64,000 nucleotides of DNA from Deltaproteobacteria bacterium (lineage in GTDB: Bacteria; Desulfobacterota; Desulfobulbia; Desulfobulbales; Desulfurivibrionaceae), in the NCBI GenBank assembly GCA_021811385.1, contig JAJZPC010000003.1, positions 3,263 through 67,262 of the forward strand, written 5' to 3'. The notes below the pieces were generated by a model that was not told the DNA's origin, ran no database searches, and worked only from the letters and a program-made list of their open reading frames with translations. Numbering within the stretch: the stretch's first letter is position 1; the number at the start of each line of letters is the position of its first letter. The position numbers and the translations under genes are program-made. Shown one piece after another: positions 56,271 to 64,000 of the stretch.

Positions 56271-58127
56271 CTACAGCCCTGTCCCTGCCTCGCTTGCCAT
56301 CATCTCGGAGAGCGTCCTGCGGAAGAGGATGCGCTTCGCCTCCCAGGGGGCCTCGGAGAAAGGCAGCTGTCCGGCGGGGCTCCTGCTCTCAAGCCGGTAG
56401 CACCAGAAACCGTTGGCAACCCGCATGACCCGGCTGGTTTCCTTGGGCGCCAGTTGGCCAAGCTCCTGGTCTCGCGGATTGAGCGGATCGAGAAAGCGGG
56501 GGGCAAGCAGGCCGCCCATGGTTCGTGTCCCGTCCTGGGACATCTCTCTGGCCACGGTGGCCAAATTCTCCCCGGCCAGCAACCGTTGCCGGGCTTTTTC
56601 GCAGAGGATTTCCTGCTTCTGCCAGCGGGCCGGGCTGTCCATGGGATTGGCGTAGCGGAAGATCCCGCCCAGTTTCAGGCGCTCCGGCAGGGTGATTGGG
56701 CCGGTTTTTAGCTGGAGGAGCGTTTTGGGGATGGCCTGCTGCCGGGCGCGGTCATATTCCTGCAACCGTTTGGTCAGTTTGGTCTCTAGATCCCGTGAGG
56801 GAACCGCTCCGCCCAAACCCTTGGTCACGATGGCTTTTAGCCGCTGCAGGTCCGGGGGCAAAAGGGTGGCGGGGGCCGTGGTGAGCGGTCCGGCCCAGGC
56901 CGGTTCCGCTTTTGGGGCAGAAGGGGAACGGCGAGGAGCCCGCACCGCCTCGACGCAGGCCGGGGCAGTGTTTGCTTTCATAAGATGCCCCAGGCTGAAG
57001 AGGGCGACCCCGTCATAGCCGGTTTCCCCGGCGATTTTTGCTTCCTGGCCAAGCTGTTCCGCGTCTTTGCCGGAAACGCCCAGCCCGGCCCAGAGGGCAA
57101 CCCCTGGGGCGCGGGGGGTGTTTGTGGCAATCCCCCGGAGCTGGGCTCCCACCCGATCGATATCTCCGAAATAGGCCATGGGGTAGAGGGTGTCCACCAG
57201 TCCTTCCGCTGCCCAGGCCTGCCATTCCTGCCCGTTTTCCAGATAGGCGGCGGAGGGTTCGGGAAAGACGGCGACCGAGAGGGCTGTCCCCGTTGCACCA
57301 TTCTGATCCACGGCTTGTCGGACCTCCCGGAGCAGTTGTGTCACCTGGCCTGCGCGGAACTCGTTCCAGAAAAGCGCTGCCGTGGTAAGCACCCGATCCG
57401 CCGGCGGTTGCGTCCCTTCGAGCCAGGCGGTCACCATCCCGGCATTGAGCCGTTCCGGCAGCAGCCTCGGGTCGATCCCCCAGATCTGCTCAAACTCTCG
57501 GGCCGGACCAGCGCTTTTTCCATAGCCGGGTCCGGGGTAGCGCATGAAATCAAGATGGATTCCGGCCATTGGGTAGCGGTCCAGCAGCTCCCGCACCACC
57601 TGGACAAAGAGGGAGCGGTATTCCGCGGAGGCCGGGTCGGCATAGCTGCCTTCGATCCAGCCCAGCCGTCTCTCCCGCTCGGAATAACCGGAAACCGGCC
57701 GCCCGGTATTGTCGGAGAGAATCCAGGGTTGGTCCGGGTGTCCGGGATGCTTGGGGTTTTCCGGCTGGGCGGTGCCGCCCCAGAGATAAAAGACATTGAG
57801 CCAGGCATGGAGGGGAAGGGGGGCGCACTCCACGAGCAGCCGCGCCAGGGGGTCGAAATCCATCGGCGTTGAAGCCGGAGTTTCGGCCCGGGGTGCGATG
57901 TCGCTCCGGTACAGGGCGTCTGCCCTTCCCCGGACTTGCACCAGCAGCCGGTCCAATCCTGCCTGCTTTGCCTCCGAGCAGACAGAGGCGATTTCCGCCG
58001 GACTGTCCATGTCGAAACGGACCACCCAGGCCGAACTCCGCAGCCGTGGGGCGCAGGCCGAGACCAGAAGCAGCAGGGCCAGGGCAGGGAGCAGGGCGTG
58101 CAGGGAACAGGGCTGTGGTTTTGGCAT
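56271..58127 (-). CDS. lipoprotein: DUF187/YddW-type glycoside hydrolase with a C-terminal parvulin-like domain
   Basis: Lipobox LVSAC; QVRGRADALY, FDPLA, HAWLN, GIHLDFMRYP, PMAY; tail RLLAGENLATVAREMSQD..GGLL. Confidence 0.78.
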   Translation of the reverse strand: MPKPQPCSLHALLPALALLLLVSACAPRLRSSAWVVRFDMDSPAEIASVCSEAKQAGLDRLLVQVRGRADALYRSDIAPRAETPASTPMDFDPLARLLVECAPLPLHAWLNVFYLWGGTAQPENPKHPGHPDQPWILSDNTGRPVSGYSERERRLGWIEGSYADPASAEYRSLFVQVVRELLDRYPMAGIHLDFMRYPGPGYGKSAGPAREFEQIWGIDPRLLPERLNAGMVTAWLEGTQPPADRVLTTAALFWNEFRAGQVTQLLREVRQAVDQNGATGTALSVAVFPEPSAAYLENGQEWQAWAAEGLVDTLYPMAYFGDIDRVGAQLRGIATNTPRAPGVALWAGLGVSGKDAEQLGQEAKIAGETGYDGVALFSLGHLMKANTAPACVEAVRAPRRSPSAPKAEPAWAGPLTTAPATLLPPDLQRLKAIVTKGLGGAVPSRDLETKLTKRLQEYDRARQQAIPKTLLQLKTGPITLPERLKLGGIFRYANPMDSPARWQKQEILCEKARQRLLAGENLATVAREMSQDGTRTMGGLLAPRFLDPLNPRDQELGQLAPKETSRVMRVANGFWCYRLESRSPAGQLPFSEAPWEAKRILFRRTLSEMMASEAGTGL

Positions 58128-58242
58128 CCGGGTTGACCTTTTGGCGGCGGGATGGTACCTTGCGCGATCGTTTTGACACATGGCAAGGCCATGCCGCAAG
58201 CCGTATTGTTACCGCGCCGTCCACACATTGCACCAGGAAAAG

Positions 58243-59019
58243 ATGATGACCGACCAGAAAAAATTTCCCGAAGGCATGCAGCCCCTGGGTGACTCCCCGT
58301 TTCCCTTTGCCTGTCACCCCGAGGTTCCCTGTTTTACCCGCTGCTGCCGGAAGCTCACCCTTTTTCTCTACCCCTACGATCTCATCCGCTTGAAAAAAAG
58401 GCTGGGGATCACCTCGGAGGAGTTGCTCAACACCTATACCGGCGTGGCCCAGGGGGGTAACCCGCTTTTTCCCGCGATTGTCATGCGGATGCGGGATGAC
58501 GCGGAAGGCACCTGCCCGTTTCTCGATCCGGAACGGGGTTGCCTCGTCTACGAGGATCGCCCGTCCGCCTGCCGCACCTACCCCCTGGAGCGGGCCGTTG
58601 ACCGCACCCCGGAACGCGGTCAGCCCAGGGCCTATTATTTCATCACCAATCATTCCTATTGCCTGGGGCACCAGGAGAAAAAGGAGTGGACGGTGAAGGA
58701 GTGGCTCCGCGACCAGCAGCTCGCTTATTACAACGCCATGGACGATCTCTGGGCCGAGATGGACACCCTCTGGGTCTCAAACCCCTGGCAGGGCGAGGGC
58801 GCGGCCGGGCCTAGGCAGCAGCTGGCCTTCATGGTTTGCTACAATATCGACCGTTTCCGGCAATACGTGGTCGAACACAATCTGCTCAACCTCTACCGGC
58901 TGGACAAATCCCGCAAACGTCTCATCGAGACCGATGACGAGGCCCTGCTCACCTTCGGCTACGACTGGCTCAAGCTGGTGCTCGGCAACAAGCCCACCCT
59001 CCAGCTGAAGCGATCGTAA
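58243..59019 (+). CDS. YkgJ-family cysteine-cluster protein
   Basis: FACH-x3-CFTRCC, CPFL, C-VYEDRPSACRTYP. Confidence 0.9.
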   Translation: MMTDQKKFPEGMQPLGDSPFPFACHPEVPCFTRCCRKLTLFLYPYDLIRLKKRLGITSEELLNTYTGVAQGGNPLFPAIVMRMRDDAEGTCPFLDPERGCLVYEDRPSACRTYPLERAVDRTPERGQPRAYYFITNHSYCLGHQEKKEWTVKEWLRDQQLAYYNAMDDLWAEMDTLWVSNPWQGEGAAGPRQQLAFMVCYNIDRFRQYVVEHNLLNLYRLDKSRKRLIETDDEALLTFGYDWLKLVLGNKPTLQLKRS

Positions 59020-59121
59020 CTGTCCCGCAGCACCCCAGCTGCGTTGTCATCGGCCGGCTCATGTGCAACAGCACACTTCGCCCGCCTCTTCCTAGCATCT
59101 GGGGCGCTGCTGAACAGTTAC
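59016..59121. repeat. about 106-bp palindromic repeat (copy 2) with GTAACTGT/ACAGTTAC ends
   Basis: Homologous to 36867-36973; the left IR supplies the TAA stop of the ykgJ gene. Confidence 0.85.
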
Positions 59122-59211
59122 GTTTCTTGGTTTGGAGTCTATCCGGTTTCAAACCGGATAGTTCAGATAATGGCAATCGGTCTTTCTTTTCCCCTCCGGC
59201 GGGACATCTCC

Positions 59212-60300
59212 GTGAAAATCAAATTCGCACATCTTCGCGCCTATCTTCCTGTCCTCGCCTTTTTCGGCGGTTTCTTGTGGGATGCCCTGACCATCGGCCG
59301 GTCGGTGGCGCCCGCGGATCTGGCGATTCTGGCCGGTTATCTCGTGGCCGCCGCCGGGATTCTGTGGTGGCTGGGGCACCGGCGCCACGCCCTTGCCGTG
59401 GAAGGGTGTGAGGGGGAGGCGCAGGCCACGGCCCAGCCCGCCTCCTTTTTGTCATCCTGGTGGGAGCGCGCTCCCTATCTGCTGCTCCAGTTTTTGTTCG
59501 GCGGGCTTTTCAGCGCGCTGTTCATTCTCTATTTCAAAAGCTCCAGCCACCTGACCGCCGTGCTCTGGTCCATGGGCCTTGGCGGGTTGCTGGTTGCCAA
59601 CGAGTTTATCGGCGACAGGTACCATCGTTTTACCCTCACCTGGATCCTGTTCGGGCTCTGCGCCATGCTGTTGTTCAACTTTCTTCTGCCATTCATGGTC
59701 GGCAGCATCGGCATGGTTTGGTTTTACCTCAGCACCCTGGCCGGGGCCGGGCTCACCCACTGGCTGCGCAAGAAGACCCCGGGGTGCCCAGGGCGGGCGG
59801 CGCCGGTCTGGATCATCGCCGGTCTGCTGGCGGTGGCGTATTTCCTGGATCTTATTCCGCCGGTTCCCTTGGTGAAACGGGATATTCAGGTGGGGAGAAA
59901 TTTTGCGCATGTGGCGGACGAGTATCGCCTTACCCTGGAGAAGGCCCCCTGGTGGGTGTTCTGGCGGGAGGTGTCGGATGAGGTGCATCTTGCCCCGGGC
60001 GAGCGGCTGTACTGCGTTTCCTCTGTCTTCGCGCCGGGCGGCCTGAGCACCCGCCTCTATCACCGTTGGGAGCATTACGAACCCCTGCGCGGCTGGGTGA
60101 CCGTCTCCCGCATGGGTTTTGGTCTTTTCGGCGGCCGCGATGGCGGTTTCCGGGGCTACACCTATAAGCAGGAGGTGGCGCCAGGGGAATGGAAGGTGAA
60201 GGTGGAAACCGAAAGCGGCCGCACCGTCGCCGTCCATGCTTTCAGCGTGGTGACCGGCGCGCCGGTTGATCCGGAGCGAGAAACGGTGCGGGGTTTGTGA
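59212..60300 (+). CDS. DUF2914-domain membrane protein
   Basis: FFGGFLWDALT, IPPVPL, VFAP, H-W, GGRDGGFRGYT, G-W-V-VET-SG. Confidence 0.85.
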   Translation: MKIKFAHLRAYLPVLAFFGGFLWDALTIGRSVAPADLAILAGYLVAAAGILWWLGHRRHALAVEGCEGEAQATAQPASFLSSWWERAPYLLLQFLFGGLFSALFILYFKSSSHLTAVLWSMGLGGLLVANEFIGDRYHRFTLTWILFGLCAMLLFNFLLPFMVGSIGMVWFYLSTLAGAGLTHWLRKKTPGCPGRAAPVWIIAGLLAVAYFLDLIPPVPLVKRDIQVGRNFAHVADEYRLTLEKAPWWVFWREVSDEVHLAPGERLYCVSSVFAPGGLSTRLYHRWEHYEPLRGWVTVSRMGFGLFGGRDGGFRGYTYKQEVAPGEWKVKVETESGRTVAVHAFSVVTGAPVDPERETVRGL

Positions 60301-60532
60301 GGGAGGAGATGCGCCGCGCGGCTGGGATTGGGCCGGGCGTGCGCCAATCCGTAACGGATCCTCGCCGGGTATTTTTTTGTCTCACCCGGAGCAAGGAGCT
60401 CTTTTTCCGCGACTTCCGAATCTTGTTATTTTATATCTGAGATAAAGGTGCTCCGCGTCATTCGTGGGCAACTTTTTTTCAGGTTGAATCCCCGGCCATG
60501 AGCCGGCAGTCGGACCAGAAGGAGTCACCTCG

Positions 60533-62581
60533 ATGAAAGGCAGTAAAGGCAATCTGGTCCCGATTGTGATGGCTGTTTGGATTTGCATTACCAGTGCTTT
60601 CCTTTTCTGGATGGAGATGGACACCCGGCGGGAGGAAAAGCTGCTGGCGCAAGGCACTGCCAACGCCTTTTTTCAGCAGATTCTGCTCACTCGCCAGTGG
60701 AATGCCTCCCACGGCGGGGTATATGTTCCGATCACCCCCGAAACACAGCCCAATCCGTATCTGCCAGCCAAAAACCGGGATCTGACCGCGGACAACGGCC
60801 TCAGGCTGACCAAGATCAACCCCGCCTATATGACCCGCCAGATAGGGGAGCTGGCTCAAAAAAACCAGAGCGGCATTCAGTTCCACATCACCAGCCTCAA
60901 TCCGGTCAGGCCCGAGAACAAGGCGGCGGAGTGGGAGGAGAAATGGCTCAAGTCCTTCGAGCAGGGGGTCAGGGAGCAGGGTGAATTCTTCGAGAATGAC
61001 GCCACCTGGTTCCGCTACATGGCCCCTCTTGTTGTCGGAGTCGAGTGTCTGAAATGTCATGCCCGGCAAGGATACAAGGAGGGTGACATCCGCGGCGGTC
61101 TCAGTGTCTCCCTGCCCTATCCCGCGCACACCCATCTCTATCTCTTTGTCGGCTTCGGTTCGGTGGCGGTCATCGGTCTTATTTTCATCTTTATCGGTGG
61201 CACCCTCTATGAGCGGAAGCAGCGGTTGTTTGATGCCACCTTCAATAGCCCGGTTCCGACCAGCGTTACTGATAAAAATCATACCATTTTGATGGCGAAC
61301 GAATCGTACTGGGCCGAGTTCGGCGCCCTCCCCGATAACCGAAAAACGATCAAATGCCATGAGCACCGGCCAGGGAAATCGTGCCACACCGAAAGTTGCC
61401 CGCTCACCAGGATTATGGGCGGGGCGAGCCAATACTCCTATGAATCCGTCAAGGAAAAGGATGGGGTGTCCCGCTATTTCATCGTCAACGCCAAACCGTT
61501 GCTCGACGCCAGGGGCAATGTGATCGGGGGGGTTGAAAGTTTTCAGGATATAACCGAGCGCAAACGGGCGGAGGAGGCGTTGGGGAAATCCAACCGCAAG
61601 CTTGAGGCCCTGAGCAATACCGATGGGTTGACGGGCATAGCCAACCGAAGGCGTTTCGACGAGGTGCTCACCCAGGAATATGCGCGGCATGCCCGCTCAG
61701 GGGCAAAATTGTCGCTGATCCTGTTGGATATCGACCACTTCAAGTCGTTCAATGACTGTTACGGACATCTTAGCGGCGACGAGTGTCTGCAACAGGTAGC
61801 CCAGGTGATGGCTGATTGCGCCAGCCGTCCCGCTGATCTGGTGGCCCGCTATGGCGGGGAAGAGTTCGCCTGCATCCTGCCGGAGACGGACAGCAGTGGC
61901 GCGGTTGCCATCGCCGAGAAGATTCGCCGGGATATAATCGACCGTGCCATCCCCCACAAAGGGTCGGAGGTTGCAGGCTATGTAACCGCCAGTCTGGGTG
62001 TTGTCACTGTGCGCTGTGCTCTAGGCGGATCGGCCGTGGACGTCGTTGCCCAGGTGGATGAACTGCTTTACCGGGCCAAAGCCTCCGGCCGCAACCGGGT
62101 GGAATCCGTCGCCAACCATGAGTACGGGGCGGAAACCAAAAGCAATCTTGTGCAGCTGGCCTGGAATGACTCGTTCTGCTGCGGCAACGAACTGATCGAC
62201 TCACAGCACAGGTCTCTCATCAACCTCTCCAACGAACTGCTCGAAGCGGTTCTTTCGGCTCGTTCAGCCACGGAGATTTCCGCAATCATTGCCCGACTGC
62301 TTGACGAGGCCGGCCAACATTTTCGCGATGAAGAGTCAATCCTCGAGGAACTCGGCTTTCCCGGCATGGGTCAACACGTTGCGGAACATGCCAAACTGCT
62401 CGCCAGGGGGAGTGAACTGTCAGAGGAGTTCAAGGCCTCCAGGCTCACGATCGGCGATGTTTTTCAGTTTTTGGCCTGCGAGGTGGTGATGCGACATATG
62501 CTTGAGGCGGACAAGGAGTATTTTCCGTTCTTTGCCAAGGCGGGTGCGGCTGATTCCGGGCCGGGCAGCATCAAGCTTTAA
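60533..62581 (+). CDS. diguanylate cyclase: periplasmic heme-c (DUF3365) + PAS + GGDEF + hemerythrin
   Basis: RQWNASHGGVY, CLKCH; DGLTGIANRR, RPAD I-site, GGEEF; IDSQH, HFRDEE, HVAEH, HMLEAD. Confidence 0.92.
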   Translation: MKGSKGNLVPIVMAVWICITSAFLFWMEMDTRREEKLLAQGTANAFFQQILLTRQWNASHGGVYVPITPETQPNPYLPAKNRDLTADNGLRLTKINPAYMTRQIGELAQKNQSGIQFHITSLNPVRPENKAAEWEEKWLKSFEQGVREQGEFFENDATWFRYMAPLVVGVECLKCHARQGYKEGDIRGGLSVSLPYPAHTHLYLFVGFGSVAVIGLIFIFIGGTLYERKQRLFDATFNSPVPTSVTDKNHTILMANESYWAEFGALPDNRKTIKCHEHRPGKSCHTESCPLTRIMGGASQYSYESVKEKDGVSRYFIVNAKPLLDARGNVIGGVESFQDITERKRAEEALGKSNRKLEALSNTDGLTGIANRRRFDEVLTQEYARHARSGAKLSLILLDIDHFKSFNDCYGHLSGDECLQQVAQVMADCASRPADLVARYGGEEFACILPETDSSGAVAIAEKIRRDIIDRAIPHKGSEVAGYVTASLGVVTVRCALGGSAVDVVAQVDELLYRAKASGRNRVESVANHEYGAETKSNLVQLAWNDSFCCGNELIDSQHRSLINLSNELLEAVLSARSATEISAIIARLLDEAGQHFRDEESILEELGFPGMGQHVAEHAKLLARGSELSEEFKASRLTIGDVFQFLACEVVMRHMLEADKEYFPFFAKAGAADSGPGSIKL

Positions 62582-62607
62582 GGGGCCGGGCTCCGTAAGC
62601 TGTTTCG

Positions 62608-63708
62608 TCATGTCTTGATATTGATAATAATCCCGGCTTCATGTTCAAGATTATCCAGAATGGTCAACAGGTGCGTCAAGTCAAGGGGCACCTCCTGCGT
62701 CATCTCGCACATCGCATCGCCTGAACTGTCATAGATGTCCAGGACAAAGCCCTCCACGTTCCGGGCAAGAACCAGGTGCAAGGGCACTCCGTTGGCGGCC
62801 AGATCTTCATTGGCCTGTCTTACCAGATCTCGAATGGCTTTTTCCCCCATTGGCGAACGGGGCTCGATTTCTTCCGCACGTCCGGCTTCTTTCCGCTTGG
62901 CTTTTTTTCTTTTTTCCCATTCCTGCCTGAGCACCAGAGGATCAACGGGCCGTACCCTGCCGATGGGCAGCGGCGGATGGAGGTCTTTCCGGCTCGGCAT
63001 TGGATCCGGGGGGGGAGGGGTTGGATTTCTTACCTCATAGACCGCGAACGCATTTTTATATGAAATCGGTTGGGTTGCCGCCTGTTGGGCGGGTGTCACC
63101 CCTTGGCGCGCAATGGTCGTTTCCGTGGCGGGGGTGGTTGTCACCGTCGGTGTGGCCGTTGTGGTGGCGGAAGTCACGCCTGTGGTTGCCCCCCCTGTTG
63201 TCGTCCCAGCGGGGAGTGGTGTTTCCGTCGGGCCGACGGCGAGAGTTTGTCCGGCGATCCCGGCCGGGGGGATGGTGGTTTCCGGCGTCGTCAAGGGGGC
63301 GGTCAGGGTTTGGGTTGCTTGATTAACCGCCAAGGCGGCCTGTTGGGCGGGAGTCAGATTCCGAGGCTCAATGGCGGTTTGCACCGTTTCGTTCACCGCC
63401 AAGGCCGCTTGCTGGGCAGGGCTCAACCCTTGAGACTCTGTAACCGTTGCCGGACCAGGAGTCACCCCAGTGGCCAGCAACGGCTCGGCCGGGAAGGTTG
63501 GCCCCAGGTCCAAGGCTTGCGCCGCCTCGCTGCCCAGCAAGGCAGCTTGTTGCGCAGGGGCTAGACTCTGAGTCGCGGCCGTCGCTACGGCAACAGGATT
63601 TTTAACGGTGGTGAGCGGGGAGGCGGCAAGGGGAACAGAGGTCTGAACTCGACTTTGCAGAGCCGTTGGTAAAATTGGATTGGTACTGTTGATCTCGTCA
63701 ACCGGCAT
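62608..63708 (-). CDS. Thr/Pro/Ala-rich repeat protein with FlaG-like C-terminus
   Basis: GGAG RBS, start MPVDEI; four PAQQAA repeats; C-terminal LV-x-AN-x-L...L-I-D...EVP...GIIIN-K. Confidence 0.6.
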   Translation of the reverse strand: MPVDEINSTNPILPTALQSRVQTSVPLAASPLTTVKNPVAVATAATQSLAPAQQAALLGSEAAQALDLGPTFPAEPLLATGVTPGPATVTESQGLSPAQQAALAVNETVQTAIEPRNLTPAQQAALAVNQATQTLTAPLTTPETTIPPAGIAGQTLAVGPTETPLPAGTTTGGATTGVTSATTTATPTVTTTPATETTIARQGVTPAQQAATQPISYKNAFAVYEVRNPTPPPPDPMPSRKDLHPPLPIGRVRPVDPLVLRQEWEKRKKAKRKEAGRAEEIEPRSPMGEKAIRDLVRQANEDLAANGVPLHLVLARNVEGFVLDIYDSSGDAMCEMTQEVPLDLTHLLTILDNLEHEAGIIINIKT

Positions 63709-63858
63709 GTCTTTTCTCCATCCGCGGGGAGGGATATTCCCTTTGCGCGGAGCAGACGCACGTGCTCGATACTCTTTCAAGTCTATATCATATGAATAAA
63801 CAGAAACGGAGGTGGCGTCAATAGCCGCCGGGGATATTGTCTTTCGATCAATCCATCT

Positions 63859-64000
63859 CTAGTTCGCCTTCTTGACAAACTGGGTCAGGATTACAATCCG
63901 TTGCCCATTCACCCGGGCTTCGATCTGCTCGGGGTTGTCCGCAACCAGCGAGATTCCCCGCACCACGGTGCCGCGTTTGGCCGTAAAGTTTGCCCCTTTT
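63859..64000 (-). CDS. PhnA-domain protein, 3' end (truncated by the window edge)
   Basis: KGANFTAKRGTVVRGISLV-x-DN-x-EQIE-x-RVNGQ-x-IVILTQFVKK. Confidence 0.85.
   Translation of the reverse strand, partial: KGANFTAKRGTVVRGISLVADNPEQIEARVNGQRIVILTQFVKKAN

Noticed and set aside
1-64000. tRNA, rRNA, prophage or integrase
   Set aside because: None recognised by eye in the window

Overview
GC-rich bacterial chromosome segment, most consistent with a sulfur-cycling Desulfobacterota (Desulfobulbales-like; this is inferred from gene content). The housekeeping and energy backbone includes nrfD-like, a MerR regulator, two triheme c7 cytochromes, ccsB/resB, rpmB, a long RSH, proS, ispG, queA, HDOD/GGDEF, mucR, murI, lolA, a B12 radical SAM, cobU, cobD, a short S1, rlmB, gmk, remA, yicC, rfaE1, a KimA-like permease with a c-di-AMP riboswitch, a sigma54 two-component system with an exported triple rhodanese, and a heme-c/PAS/GGDEF/hemerythrin cyclase. 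An integrase-less accessory island of about 18.6 kb (about 11.6-30.2 kb) interrupts it between ispG and DUF2065-queA. The island carries five type II toxin-antitoxin pairs, an intact IS1595, Sel1 proteins, PrsW and a 179-bp MITE that splits a small zinc-ribbon gene. It also holds two modules that look poorly described. (1) A translationally coupled pair: a stand-alone FliG C-terminal (torque) domain plus a MotA homologue with all transmembrane helices removed, i.e. a soluble copy of the flagellar rotor-stator interface. (2) An output-less CHASE2 receptor, an exported DUF928-like protein and an exported WD40-caspase. All family assignments come from motif recognition by eye; no searches were run.
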